The position numbers and the translations under genes were made by a program. The notes under the pieces are model-generated. The model saw only the letters and a program-made list of their open reading frames with translations, had not been told where the DNA came from and ran no database searches. From Eledone cirrhosa (taxonomy: Eukaryota), in contig OZ024747.1 of NCBI GenBank assembly GCA_964016885.1, forward strand, positions 33,728,001-33,792,000: DNA of 64,000 nt. The letters are read 5' to 3'. Shown piece after piece: positions 50,290-63,918 of the stretch (the first letter of the stretch is position 1; every line of letters starts with the position of its first letter).

Positions 50290-53190
50290 GTGCCACTGTC
50301 ATAGAGCCAAACAAGGCATTTAATATTTGCTGCTTGACAGGGATTCATCTGAATGTCCTGAACGAAGGACCGCTCTTGTTGGAAAGGAGCTTCGACGTTA
50401 CGATCTTGACATCATAGCTATATCTGAGACGAGGTCAGCTGGAGATGGTCATCTTACAGAATTTTGTGGAGAATATACATTCTTCTGGAAAGGATGAGGT
50501 GAAGGAACCAAAAGAGAGGCTGGGGTAGCATTTGCTGTTAAGACTGCTCTTGTGGATAAAGTAGAAGATATTCCCAGTGGGGATTAGTGAGCGTCTTATG
50601 TCCATGAGAATTCTGCTGGACAAAGGAAGATATGTGACCCTAGTTAGTGTTTATGCTCCAACTATGAATTCTGTCGATGAAGAAAAAGTGTTCTTCGTGG
50701 AGCTGAGTGCTGGATGGACCACCATCTGGTATGTGCAAAAGTGAAACTAATCACTAAACGTAAAATCCGGGCTCCTGGTGTTACCCTGCCCAGGAGATTG
50801 AATGCTGCTCATCTTAGAGATAACTATTTGAAGAGGACATTGCGAGAAGAAATGCATGTTGTAGATCTTGGTGAGGATTGGCCAACCCTTAAAAAGTAGG
50901 TTTATGATGTAGGCAGGTGTGTTTGGGATTGGTGCAGAGAAAACGACAAGACTGGTTTAATGAGAATGATGAACATATAGATGTCTGATAAGAGGCGTGC
51001 TCTGTCACGCTATTTGACAGCAAAACCACGGGAGAAGAATATGTTGCATAACGAACTCAAGGATGTGAAATCATGTGTTAGGCGGAGTCTTTCGCAGATG
51101 AAGGATAAGTGGTGGAGTGAGAATGCTGATGGGATACAAGTTGCATCAGATTCCAATAACACAAGGTTGTTGTACAGTTTCTTGCGTGAAGTTTATGGAT
51201 CGTCTTCTTCTCTGGTGATACCGCTTTGCAGCAAGCATGGCAAGGAACTTCTTCGTGACTCACAAGGAATTCTACGAAGGTGGCGAGAACACTTTGATGA
51301 ACTTTTGAATCAGCCGTCTGTTGTCAATGAAGATTTCCTCAAGCTCATTGCTGAAAAACCTGTGAAAGTAGCTCTCGCAGTAGCTATCTCGAAGCTGAAG
51401 AGTAGAAGGTCTCCAGGGATGGATGGCATACATGCAGAGCTCTTACAATATTACAATATGTTGTGAAAGACTTCTTCAACATCTTCACTCTTTGTTTGGC
51501 AGGATATGGGCTGGTGGATCCGTGCCTGGGGACTGGAGAGATGCAGTAATTGTGATCTTGTACAAGATCTTTCTGCCGTTGGAAACATTTTAAGTTGGGT
51601 GCTTCTGGACCGTCTGCTGACACACATTGCAGATTGTGTTTTTCCTGAAAGTCAATCTGGATTTCGTGCTGGACATGGAACTACTGATATGATCTTCTCA
51701 GCTAGACAGCTCCAGGAGAAATGCATGGAACAAGGTTTGGATCAGTATCAGATTTTTGTTTATTTGACAAAAGTTTCGATACTGTTAACAGAAATGCATT
51801 ATGGAAGGTTCTCTAGAAACTTGGTTGCCCTGATAAGTTCCTTGCTTTGGTTAGGTCTTTCCATGACATCATGAAGGCTTGGGTTAATGTCAGAGGTAAC
51901 ATGTTGGAGCCTATCTCATTAAAAAATATGGAGTAAAACAGGGGGATATTCCAGCACCGACCCTGTTTGCCATATACTTTGCAATGGTTTTCTATATTGC
52001 ATTCAGGAATTGCGAGCATGGTGTTTACATCCAATATCGAACCTAGGCAGCATATTTAACATCAGGCACTTTGCTGCAAAAACAAAAGTATTTACATCAA
52101 TCATAAGAGACCTCTTATATGCAGATTATTGCGATCTTGTAGCGCACACAAAGAGTGATATGCAGCACAATTTGAATGCATTTTATGATGCTTGTACTGC
52201 TCTAGGATTGACTGTCTGTCTCAAGAAAAGCGTCGTCATGTACCAACCTGCCCCTGGTAAGCAGTACAGTGAACCTAATATCTATGTGTATGGTAAACGA
52301 CTGGGAGTGGTTGATCAGTTTGTCTACGTGGGAAACACTGTCAATCGATACAGCAACCTTGATAATGAAATTCCACTCAGGATTAGTAAAGCAAGTGATG
52401 CTTTCAGAAAGCTAGAAAGGTGACTCTGGGGTATGCAAGAAGACAAAGGTAAAGGTGTACAAGGCATGTGTGCTCTCTTCTCTTCTTTATGCCTGCGAGA
52501 CCTGGGTCACATATTGACACCACCTTAAACAATCGGAGCGTTTCATCAGATGTGTCTCAGACGGATCCATGGTGTTCACTGGAGAGACCCCATCAGTGAT
52601 GTAGAGATTTTGGAAAGCTCTCTGTGTGACAGTATAGAAACTCTTGTGCTTATGCAAAGACTCAATTGGAGCGGTCACCTTGCCAGGGTGTGAGGAATGG
52701 CATTGCTATTGCATTTCCAGACAGCGAGGGTCCTCCTATGGCGCTGGCATGCAGCGTCTGTGCGAGACTCTGCCTAATCAAAGCTGGACTCGAAAGTCAT
52801 CTTCGCAATTATTAAGTGAGAGCAGTGGTTGACTACTAGGCTGCTGTTGGAGATGCTACTCATCATGCTTGCCAAGCATGTGGTAGAGAATGTAAATCAG
52901 CAGGAGGGCTCAAACGACATGCAAAAGTACATGAACTCCAACCACAGCCGGCTATTCCCAGTGATTGTTTTGGTTGCCAACTCTGTGAAAGACATTTTAG
53001 ATCATTGGCTGGGCTAAAATCCACATTCATTCGCAGCATTGTTAATTGTTATTGTGTGTATGTATATATAGATATGTATATGTGTGTGTGTGTATATATT
53101 ATTATTATTGTTGTTATTATTATTGTCGTTATTATGTTGTTTTTTTTCTTCCTGCAATTGCCATACTCGATAACGAGGGGGCAGCCATCA
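50290..53190 (+). mobile_element. Decayed RTE-BovB-like LINE
   Basis: DIIAISETR, VSVYAPT, DHHLV, PESQSGFRAGHGTTDMIF, RDLLYADYC, LLYACETW and a C-terminal CKLCERHF zinc-finger relic. Confidence 0.92.
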
Positions 53191-53199
53191 TATGTATCT

Positions 53200-53290
53200 A
53201 TGCATGTATGTATGTATGTATGTATGTATGTATGTATGTATGTATGTATGTATGTATGTATGTATGTATGTATGTGTGTATCTCTGCATG
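53200..53290. repeat. (TATG)n microsatellite
   Basis: Visible directly. Confidence 0.95.
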
Positions 53291-53317
53291 TATGTATGTG
53301 TGTATCTCTGCATGTAT

Positions 53318-56300
53318 CTAGGGCGGGTAAAATTCCCGAGATCCATGGACGAGTTCTTTCCAGCGGTCTCTGTCTCTCAATATCGCTGCCATGTGATGCG
53401 GCTCCAACCGACCAGTGTCTGTCCTTAGGGCATCAACATACGTTAACCTTGGTCTTCCTCTTTCAGTGTGTCCATGTAGGGGCTCCCACAGGAGCACTGA
53501 GTGCAATGTCAACTCTAGATGTTGGTGAGCATGTCCAGCTAACCTCAGTCTCCTCTGTGTCACTTTTGAGCTGACTTTTGGGAGGCTCCCATACAGCTCT
53601 GAGTTTTTCATCCTCACTGTATACTGATTAATGTTCAGAGCCATCCTCAGCATTATCGTGTAGCACCCATCCACCATCTGAGTGAGTTTCATCGTCAGTG
53701 TCCAAGTCTCAGACCCGTACAGCAGCACAGACGCCACTACAGCAATGAAGAGGCGGATTTTCAGGTCTTTACGAAGGTCCGACTTCCACACCGATCTCAA
53801 GCTGTGGCACGCCACCCAGCCTTTGCTCTTCCTCTCAACCACATCATCTTCCGTATTCCCAATCTTTACTCCCAAATACAGGAAGCCCTCAAACAATTTT
53901 AGCGGCTTCCCGCCTACATTAGTGATCCCCTCTGGCTTCTCAACATTCTCTACCAGATATTTTGTTTTAGTCTCATTCATTCTCAGCCCGACACTCATCG
54001 ACACAGTCTCAACCTCCCGCATCAAATCCTCTGCCTCCTTTACTGTATTTGTCACCAAAACTATGTCGTCGGCAAATTCAGCATCTGATACCTTTTTCGT
54101 CTTAACTCTCCTGCTCTGAGCCTATGCTACAGTAAAGCCAGAGTCCTGGTGTTTCTCCAGTGCAAGGTGCATACAATAGTCCACTACGATGATAAAAAGG
54201 TAGGGAGCCAATGTATTTCCCTGGAGCACACCAGCCAGTATCTCAAAGAACTCTGTCATCCCATCAGGTGTAATGACATGGGCTTTGGTGTTGGTGTAGA
54301 GCAGTGATATCAGGTCCACTATCTTCTTGGGGATTCCATAAGCCTGTAAGATCTTCATCAGGCAGTGATGGTCCACAGAATCAAATGCCTTCCTAAAGTC
54401 AATGAAAACCATGACCGCAGGAAGGCACTTTGTTCTAGCTCCCTCTAGTATCCTCCTCAGCATCAAGATGTGACTGGTGGTTGATCTTCCCTCTCTGAAG
54501 CCGTTCTGGTTGTCCCTGAGCTTCTTCTCCATCTCAGGCTGGATCCTGTTAAGAATCATCCTGTTGAGGCTCTTTTCCACAGGTGACGCCAGTGAGATCC
54601 CCCTGTAGTTGTTGGTGTTAGAGAGATCTCATTTCTTTGGCACTGGGACGATGTTACTGATCCTCCACTGATTCGGGACAACTCTTTTCTCCAGTGCCCG
54701 GTTACAGAACCGTAGGATGACATCATCAAAATCACACCTTTTCATCACCTCTGATGCTACTCTATCTTCTCCATGAGCCTTGCCCTCCTTGATCCTCTTC
54801 TTGGCTCTCTGAATCTCCTCTCTGGTGAAGGGCTCTGTCTCAATATCCAGTTCCTCAAACAGATGCCTGATCTCCCCATTCCTGACTCAAATACCTTCTC
54901 TTCCTACCTGTGATCTCGTTGATGATCATCGAGCTCTCCTTACATCCAGATCTGTCAACCGCTCTCTCCACACATCTGATCTTCTCTATCAGTGCCTCCT
55001 CTCTGGTCTCAGTGTAAGCAGTACAGAGTTCTTCCCTCATCACCTCCACAGTCTCCATCCTCTCCTCCGTAGGATCAGCATAGAATTGGTCCTTGGCAGC
55101 TTTCAGGTGTTCTCTGGCTGCACACACTTTTGGGTTTGGAGAGCTGACGTGCTTCCTTTTGTTCTTTTTCCTTGGCACCAGGGTTTCACTTGCTTCCGCC
55201 ACTGCATTGGTGAAGTGCCCGTACCTCCTTTTCATACTCTCCTCAGTCCATCCAATCTCTCTCTCCTCTATCTCTCCACACAGAGCACTGAACCTGTTCC
55301 TCATTTCCACTGTAAACTTCTCCTGTAGCTTATCATCTTCCTTGAAAGCTCCCCAGTCATAGATTGTTCTCCGGGGCTGAGCCTTGCTCTTTCTTAAGCT
55401 CACCCGGATCTCACTCATAACAAGCCGGTGGTCACTGCCCAGTGTACTGAAATAGTTGTATGGTTCTGTGTTCCGCCACTTTTTCCTCACCAGAATGAAA
55501 TCAATCTGGGACTTGGACAGGTGCATATCTGAGATGTAGGTCCACATCTTCCCCGGATTCTTCCTAAACCTTAGGTTGGTCGATATCAAGTTCGCCTCCA
55601 GCAGGGTGTCTCTCAGTAGTCTTCCATTTCAGTTGGTGTTGTTATGGAAGTACCAGCAAGGATCTTCACTGCCCTCTTTACTCAGATGTGCTTTGAAGTC
55701 CCCCAAAACAAGCAGGATGTTGTGTGCTTGAGTGTTGTTGACAGCTCTACACACCTCCTCATGGAACTCTTCTGCACTCACATCACTGTCCCCCTCGGTT
55801 GGACTATAGGCTGAGATGACTGTCAGTTTTGGGTTTCCATTAAAGGTCACCCTCAACACTCGCAGGGAGACAGGCATTATTTCCCTCACCAATAGACTGG
55901 TTTTTGTGCTGAAAACAAAACCCACTCCTCCCACTGCAGCATTGATCATGTTCCTCACTGCTGATGTGGTGATAAGCTAGCTCATTTTCCCAATCATCAC
56001 ACTCCTCACGGGCTTATCGTGTAGGATCCTGTGTTCTTGGATTGCAAGTATCTGTATACCACTCTCCTCGAACAGATGTCCCAACTCCTCTCTCTTCTCC
56101 AGCGTCCGAATAGTCCTCACATTCAAAGTGCCCATTTTGATGGCTCTTCTGCAGGACAAAACTGCATTCTTTATATTTGTCTCAGAGACGGCTGATCCAT
56201 CATCCACTGGCCTTCTCTGTAGCTCTAAGCCAGCAGAGTCATAACGACCAGACTGCACCTTGACAGTGTAATTAGGGGCTCTAACCCTAGTGATGTTAGA

Positions 56301-56528
56301 TCGACTCTCCATATTTCTTTTCAATGGCTGACAATACCTTACCGGCGCCACTCAAATAAGGTAGTTATTTAACCCATAAATGGAGCCCTAACAGGTACTA
56401 CTACTCGAGGCCAGAGCAGACCTGGGAGTTATGACAACTAAGGGGTAACTCCACATTCCCCACAGCTCCTGAACTCCTGAATTGGAGCCTTGCCACGGGA
56501 TGTAGTTTAATGTCATACCCAGGACATA
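53318..56528 (-). mobile_element. Apparently full-length 3.2-kb RTE-clade LINE (APE + RT), lightly decayed
   Basis: MGTLNVRT, LAIQEH, SAYSPT, SQIDFILV, SDHR, QNGFREGRST, FIDFRKAFDS, GVLQGNTLAPYLF, EFADD; 27-bp TSD with 1 mismatch (53291-53317 / 56529-56555). Confidence 0.95.
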
Positions 56529-56861
56529 TATGTATGTGTGTACCTCTGCATGTATGTGTGTGTGTATGTATGCATGTATGTATGTGTGTATGAATGTGTA
56601 TGTATGAATGGCAATTATATGAGAGGAAGGTTATATTATAGCCATTCAAGAATTGCTATGTTTATTCACTAACCATTTCTTTCTCACTAGTATAGTCTAT
56701 AAAGGTAGTAGTACTAAAAAAATTAACAAAATCAGTATAAAAGATTCTATATGGTCTTAAATGGCTAAAAATTACTTCTGTAATGTAATTGTTTCTGTTT
56801 CAATGTCCGGTCACAAATTAAGTTATTAGACAATGTGGATATTTCTGATATTGAAAATATT

Positions 56862-57075
56862 AGAAATAATGGTTCCTGGTACAAGTCCAACACATTTGGG
56901 GTAGGGGAAAGTTGATTAAATCAACCCCAGTGTATTACTGGTGTTTTATTTTATCAACCCTGTAAGAATGAAAGGAAAAGCTAACCTCGGTGGGATTTGA
57001 ACTTACAACTTAAAGGACTGTAACTCTATGCCACAAAGCATGTCTGATGCTCTAACGATTACTGCCAATCCTCGG
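56862..57075 (-). mobile_element. SINE family 1 copy
   Basis: Reverse complement of the consensus. Confidence 0.85.
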
Positions 57076-57109
57076 CTCTCTAAATATTAGAAATAATGAA
57101 AACCTCATT

Positions 57110-57262
57110 TACAAGGGTCAGTTGAAAAGTTCATAGGCTGACCAAATGAGGTTTACATTTCAAAATAGCCCCTGCAGTTTTTATTAAAATGAGTTGAAAT
57201 TAATTGCAGACAACATTTCACAGCACTGTCATTACACCTTTATAGTCAGCCTATGAACTTTT
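57110..57262. mobile_element. Mariner-derived MITE (copy 4, right TIR truncated)
   Basis: tacaagggtcagttgaaaagttcataggctgac...gtcagcctatgaactttt. Confidence 0.8.
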
Positions 57263-57491
57263 ATATATCTGTGACTTTATGTATATGTAAATCTTTATAT
57301 TTAATAATCTCCCGTTGGGTTGAGATGCAATTGGGCGATATTGGGCTGCGCTTTCTAGCAAACTACCTACCCGCCGTAAGCAACTAATCACATTCTTTCT
57401 AGCTTGACCACTGCCACGTCATGATTCTTAGCCATTTTTTAATCTATTTTTGGCGCGATCGCTTTGGAAAAATTAACTGTCCAAATGAGTT

Positions 57492-57572
57492 TCTCTCCTG
57501 GTGAGTCTGTTACTCTAGGTTCATCCTTAACAGTAGGATATCTAAAAATACGGACGAAACCATGGTAGGATG
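57492..57572 (+). ncRNA. Degenerate type I hammerhead motif (core CTGGTGA)
   Basis: CTGGTGA-gtctgt...acggac-GAAAC-catg-GTA-ggatg. Palindromic accatggt; weak stem I; A6 changed to G. Confidence 0.55.
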
Positions 57573-57853
57573 TAATTACGGTATGTACACGTTTCTTCTA
57601 AGTTTAAATTTACACCTATTTGTGTATGGTTGACGGTATATATATAGTCAGTTTCTACATGCTGTTGAAATGTTGGGTAAATACTTTATTGGGGTCACCG
57701 CAAAGAGGCCGCTTTCGGTTATTTATCAAATATTTCTTCATAGGAGCCTTTATTCTTATAGCCTGGTCTAACTGATTTGTTATATGGTTAATTATGCTAA
57801 TTGTGAGAGGAAATGGTATATATTTTATCCAATAATTCTAAGGACATGATTTA

Positions 57854-58153
<300 letters not shown>

Positions 58154-59377
58154 TATATATATATGATGGTGGTGCCACATATACTGCCATAACTAGTGCG
58201 AGATGTAATGGGGGATGGGGGAAAAGGGGCGATAGTCATAGCAATTTCTCTGTGCTTTCTGCTGGGCTTTTTAGCTTTTGGATGGTTAGATTCTTTTGAT
58301 TTATTACCTGGATATATGACTTTGATATGTAAAATTGGAGGTTTGCTGTGTATTTAAATTTTTTTGTGTATGAGGTGGCCCCAACCAAACCTGAAGTATC
58401 CCCTTTTTCCACCTTCCCTGACATCTAAATCTTTTCCTAGTTTTAACATAATAACAAGTCAATAGCATTAGTGGCTGGGTAGTTGATTGTAAGCACTACT
58501 CTGGGTATCATATATCACTGCATATTTAATTCATGTATTGTTTTGGTATCTCGACTTCTGGTGTGAAGTTAAATGCAGGCATTCATCTGACATTTTTGAT
58601 GTTGCTGAGAATTAATACTGATGTTCTTTTGGTATATATGTCAGTTCAATGTTAAGTACTATCTGCGCAATGCTACCTGAAGCTAAGATGATCTTGGTGT
58701 GATGTCCAGGACCTTTAGCTAGAAATTGGTTAACAAGATACTTTTTTCAAGTAGCTGCAAAACATTTAGATGGTTTTCAGGTTGGTGAATATTACAGATT
58801 ACAGCACCATAAACAATATCTTGTAACGACAAATTTCTCAGTTGCATTTCCTGTACAGTTGCCAAAAGAAATACTGTACTGTAGGATTAAACATGGGATG
58901 AGATGGTGGCAAATCTCTTTACCACACAATTATGCCTGTGTTTTAGGAAGAATAAAGATTTCTACCATTATTGCTTCTGCTATTGTCTACAACAAATAAC
59001 ATCCTATAGAAAGGCATTGAAATATTTTTGGTTACTTAATACCATAGCCTCTTGTCTTATGACAAAACAGTTTTGTTTATCTTGATGTGATACTAAAATA
59101 CTAATAATAATCATCATCATACAACTGTTTTCCACGTTTGCATGGATTGGCTGGGTATCAATGTCCAAGACTATACATATATATATATACATTTAGGTTT
59201 TTTGGTTCACCACTGGATAGAACTGGTCATTCCTTATGGTCAACCTCGATGTAATATTAGGGAGAACACTCGACGTAATGCAACTCACCCGTCTTCGTTT
59301 GTGTAGTTTGTGGTGCGAGTACGGAGTTAATTATTATAAAATAACAGGAGACTGGACTGGTGTAATTCCTTAAAAGG

Positions 59378-59433
59378 AATTTCAATGACCGGTTTCAATA
59401 TGAATCCGGTGTCATCATCAGGTATTCGAAATT
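59378..59433 (-). ncRNA. PLE-type minimal hammerhead motif, degenerate stems
   Basis: Minus strand: aatttcgaatac-CTGATGA-tgacaccggattcatatt-GAAAC-cg-GTC-attgaaatt. Confidence 0.6.
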
Positions 59434-59525
59434 TAACAAACAAATATAATCCATGGGGCTGAAAAGGCAGAGAGACAAGAAGGCGGCCACACATTTAGCA
59501 GTTTCTATTTCGGTTCCCTGCCTTC

Positions 59526-59556
<31 letters not shown>

Positions 59557-59639
59557 CATGTGTGTGTGTGTTTGTGTATATGTCTGTATGTGTATATGTC
59601 TGTATGTGCACATATATTCTCAGGCTGAGGCTTATAGCT

Positions 59640-59985
59640 AGTAGGCAACACCTTCCTCAACCTTCTCCCTTCTCATACACCATCCCTCCTCTATTACATA
59701 TGTCCACAAATTCACCAAGCTTCCTCTCCTCTCTCTAGTTCCAAGTCAAAAGTGCCCAGTTCCCAATATAATGTGGTCATGTAATTGATATGACAAAAAG
59801 CACCCAGGACACAGTATAAATGTGGTTGGCATTAGGGAGGGCACCCAGCTGTAGAAACCAAACCAAAATCTGCCCCGGGTAAACTAAATCTGGTCCTTTG
59901 ACCTGATTTTCTCCCTAAGGAGCAATCCATCCTACCCATGCTCGTGTGGAAGATGGGCGTTAAACGACGATGATGATGATGATAT
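59640..59985 (+). mobile_element. LINE family A-like 3' UTR with (GAT)n tail
   Basis: aaaaagcacccag, gtggttggcattagggagggcacccagctgtagaaac, gatgatgat. Confidence 0.8.
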
Positions 59986-60314
59986 CTATATGTGTGTATA
60001 TATATCTAAATGTGTGTCTATATATATATATATATATATGATATATGATATATGTATATCATTATGATGTTATATGTGTGCATATATATATAATGTTGGT
60101 ACCACAAAACATCCAGCCTTCGCTGTACAGTGGTCATGGAAAAGACACGAAAAAAAGCACCCAGCACACACTCTAAATATGGTTGGCGTTAGGAAGGGCA
60201 ACCGGTCACGTTGTGGCTCAATGAAGAATTAATAAATTAAGTAATCAGAGCAATATATCATAAATATATATATATATATAATATATATATATTTATATAT
60301 ATATATATATATTG

Positions 60315-61212
60315 GTTTTTCTCTAAAAATGAAAGGCAGATTGTATGATGTTTGTATATGAATGGCAATGTTACATGGTAGTGAGACTTAGGCATTGTGC
60401 GCAGAAGACTTGCGTAAATTAGAAAGAAATGAAGCTTAAGCATAAGAGGTATCAAATGTTGTGTGCAGGAGAGGAGATTGCGTTAGTATGGACATGTGAT
60501 GTGTATGAAGGACAACAGCTGTATAAAAAATTGTAGAGCGCTCAAAATTGATGGAAGCTATCGAGTGTGTAAACCAAGAAAAACCTGGGATAAAGTGATA
60601 AGAACTGACTTTGCTCACATAAACCTCTTTAAGACAATGTTACTGGATTGAGATCTAAGGTGCAATGCTGTTATACAGAAAACCTGCCTTCCCTTGCATA
60701 CAAATTTAAACCTACATTCAGTAGGACCCTTTAACACAATATAACTCCCACACCCACACACCTCACACCTCTACCTCATCCTTCCACTTCCGCCTACTGT
60801 AAAGTGGTCGTGCAGGTGACATGACAAAAAACACCCACTCCACACTGTAAAATGGTTGTGTAGAAATCATGGTAAAAGGCTCCCAGCCCACACTGTAATT
60901 GTGGTTGGTGTTAGGAAGTATATCCAACCATAGAAAACCTGCCAGAAACAGTTCTGTATGAGTGATACATGGTCACTCGACCAATCTTGCCTCAATTGGG
61001 ACAAACCCGCCCAAACCCGCCCAACCCATGCTAGCATGGAAGATGGACGTTAAACAATGATGATATATACGTGTGTGTATGTCTGTGTGTATGTAGGTAT
61101 AGTACTATATGAGCAGGACAACCAATCTTGCCTCAAGTGGGAAAACTCCCGTCCAAACCCATGCAAACGTGGAAGATGGACGTTAAACGATGATGATGAT
61201 GATGATGATGAT
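60315..61212 (+). mobile_element. LINE family A 3' end with a duplicated terminal segment
   Basis: MLHGSET...C-terminus and 3' UTR; the terminal ccaatcttgcctcaa...ggacgttaaac.atgatg block occurs twice (60980-61063, 61121-61212). Confidence 0.88.
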
Positions 61213-61290
61213 GTGTGTGTGTGGGTGTGTATATATATATATACATAAGAGAGTGTTGAAGTTTGCTTGAAGCATTGTGGAATAATAAAA

Positions 61291-62158
61291 AAATAGTCAT
61301 TTTGGAAGCCTCAGCAATGGGTAAATCTCTGGGTAACAGAATCAGGTGGTAATGAGAGAGATGTAGGAGGATATGTAAAAAGAGACGCAGAGAGTGTAAA
61401 GGAACGTAGGAAAAGTGTAAAAAATAATGATTTCTACTACAGGCACAAGGCCAGTAATTTTGGGGAGGGGTCAATTAAATCGACCCCAGTACGCTACTGG
61501 TACTTTATTTTATCGACCCCGTAAGGATGAAAGGCAAAGTTAACCTCGGTGGGATTTGAACTCAGACCGTAAAGGGCCACAACTCTATGCTGTAAAGCAT
61601 GGGATCTGGTGCTCTACCGATACTGCCAAACCACCACCCTAAAAGTGTAAACAATAATAACATGGTGATGGTAGTCTGCATGCCTGTATACACACAATAA
61701 CAATCACTTGATTGTCACTGCGTTGTTGTTCCATTTGTTTACACCAACTGGTGTAAACAAATGGAACAACAACAACTATCACAGACTGAACATAAAGATT
61801 TAGAAGAACTGCCTCAAACTTTCTCTGACAACAGCTATTCTGCACGCACACATGCTTAATAGTGTATTTCAGTTGTACACAGTAAACAGTGGAAGCCACG
61901 TGTTGTCCCTCTCTGACATAACTTTTTCCCCTCAGAAAGCCCCCAGTTGATGGATGCGAAATTTGAAATATAGGGACTATTAAATAACTTCCAAGGTAAC
62001 TCTATCTCGTGTTATTATACTTTACACTTTTCCTACTTCCTTTATACTCTCTACATATCTTTCTATACTTCCTCTTACATCTCTCTTTCATTACCACCTG
62101 ATTCTGTTACCCATAGATTTACCCATCTGCATTGTTGAGGCTTCCAAAACGACTATTA
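61291..62158. mobile_element. Non-autonomous DNA-transposon-like element with ~140-bp imperfect TIRs, carrying a SINE insertion
   Basis: 61291-61428 is the approximate reverse complement of 62013-62158. Confidence 0.8.
61429..61640 (-). mobile_element. SINE family 1 with ~18-bp TSD
   Basis: Flanked by aaaagtgtaaa(a/c)aataat at 61411-61428 and 61641-61658. Confidence 0.9.
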
Positions 62159-62162
62159 ATAT

Positions 62163-63825
62163 ATCATCATCATCATCACCATTTTACATCCATTCCTCTA
62201 CGCTAGCATGGGTTAGATGGGTTGTCTTGTTGTGGGCAGTGCCTGGTCGGCTGACCTTGTCTTGCTCATAAGGGAACTGATTTTGGCTTAATTTCTACAG
62301 CTGGATGCCCTTCCTTACACCAACCTCATTTACAGTGAGTGCTGGGTGCTTTTTTTATGTGGCACCTCCACGACCACTTTGCACAGGGAGGGAGTGGCCG
62401 CATATTGTCTATATGCTTCAGCTTTGGCTTGTACCTGTGGGAAGTCGGGTCTTCTGTATTACTGCGTGATGCCAGAGGTCACGGTCCTGCGTCATCGCCT
62501 TTCAGATGTGCAATTGGTCTCTCCACTCCACGGCTTCCATCAACTTCTAGTGCTCTGCACATTTTTATGAGGCTGTCATCCTTCATACGCATCACGTGTC
62601 CATACCAATGCAACCTCCTCTCCTGCACACAGCATTTGATTCCTCTTATGCTCAGTCTCTCTCTCAATTCATTTATGCTTTGCCATTCACGTATATTACT
62701 ATTACACATCTATCGGAGAATGCAAGCTTCGTTTCTTTCTAATCTACGAAGTCCTCCACAGACAGCGCCCAGGTCTCACTACCATGTAACATTGCTGTTC
62801 TTATACACGCATCATACAGTCTGCCTTTCATTTTGTGGGAAAAGCCTTTTGCAGCTAGCAGTGGCAGTAGCTCCTTGAACTTCTTCTATCCTGCTCTTAC
62901 TCTGGCTACTGTACTTTCCGGACACACACCTCCACTGCTAATTCGGTCACCTAGGTAGCAACAGCTGTCTACTGTTTCTACAGAGCCTCCCTGAGTTTGG
63001 TGGTGCTTGTTTCCTGTGGCCAATTGTTGTTTGCTGTCTACTGTTTCTACAGAGCCTCCCTGAGTTTGGTGGTGCTTGTTTCCTGTGACCAATTGTTGTT
63101 TGCTGTCCTGGTGCAGCTGCTACATGTAAAGCCTATATTCTTACCTAAACTTCCTGAGATCCCACTACATCTATTGTGTATCCATTGCTTGCATTTAGGG
63201 CAGAGGATGGAGTGTTACCTACACCTTTCCTACATACTGAGCAAGGCCATTTCCCTGAGGGGATCTGGGCTCTGTTTTCATGTCTACTTACAAGGACCTT
63301 AGTCTTTGTTAGGTTGACTTTGAGACCCTCTTTATAGTCCCTGCTTCCATGTTTGGAATTTCTTCTCTAGTTCCACCATAGATTCAGCTATAAGTGTGAG
63401 ATAATCCACATACAGGGGTTCCCATGGGCATCCAGTCTTAAACTCCTCTGTTATTGCCTGCAATACTATAATGAACAGGAAAGGCCTAAGCACAGAGCCC
63501 TGGTGGACACCAACCAGTATGCTAACCCTAACTTTGCTGACTGCTTCCCTATACATGTCTTATACTGCTTTCACAAACCATTCATCTACTCCCAGTTTTC
63601 CAAGAGCCCACCAGATTATAGCGCGAGCCACTCTGTTGAAGGCTTTTTCCAGATCAACAAATGCCAGGTAGAGCAGCTTACTTTTAGCTAGGTACTTTTC
63701 CTCTAACTGCCTCACATGGAAGAAGGCATCAGTAGTACCTTTTCCTGACACAAACCCAAATTGTAACTCACCTAGTTTTACCCGGTCCCTAATCAACTGT
63801 GCTATAACTCTTTCTGTTACTTATA
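62163..63825 (-). mobile_element. 5'-truncated RTE-like LINE, family A (RT to (GAT)n tail)
   Basis: QFGFVSGKGTTDA, FVDLEKAF, VHQGSVL, PHD-like insert, VDSCCYLGD, then 3' UTR. Confidence 0.93.
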
Positions 63826-63918
63826 TGAAGGAAGCATGTTTGGAACATAGCAAGTGAAGTTTAGAATTGAAAGAGAAATAGAAGTCAGCATAATATTTTC
63901 GACTATATAATATTGTCC

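Noticed and set aside
58500-59090. Possible decayed coding sequence (minus strand, AKGPGHHTKIILASGSIAQI)
   Set aside because: Frequent stops and no recognisable motif; cannot be assigned without a search.
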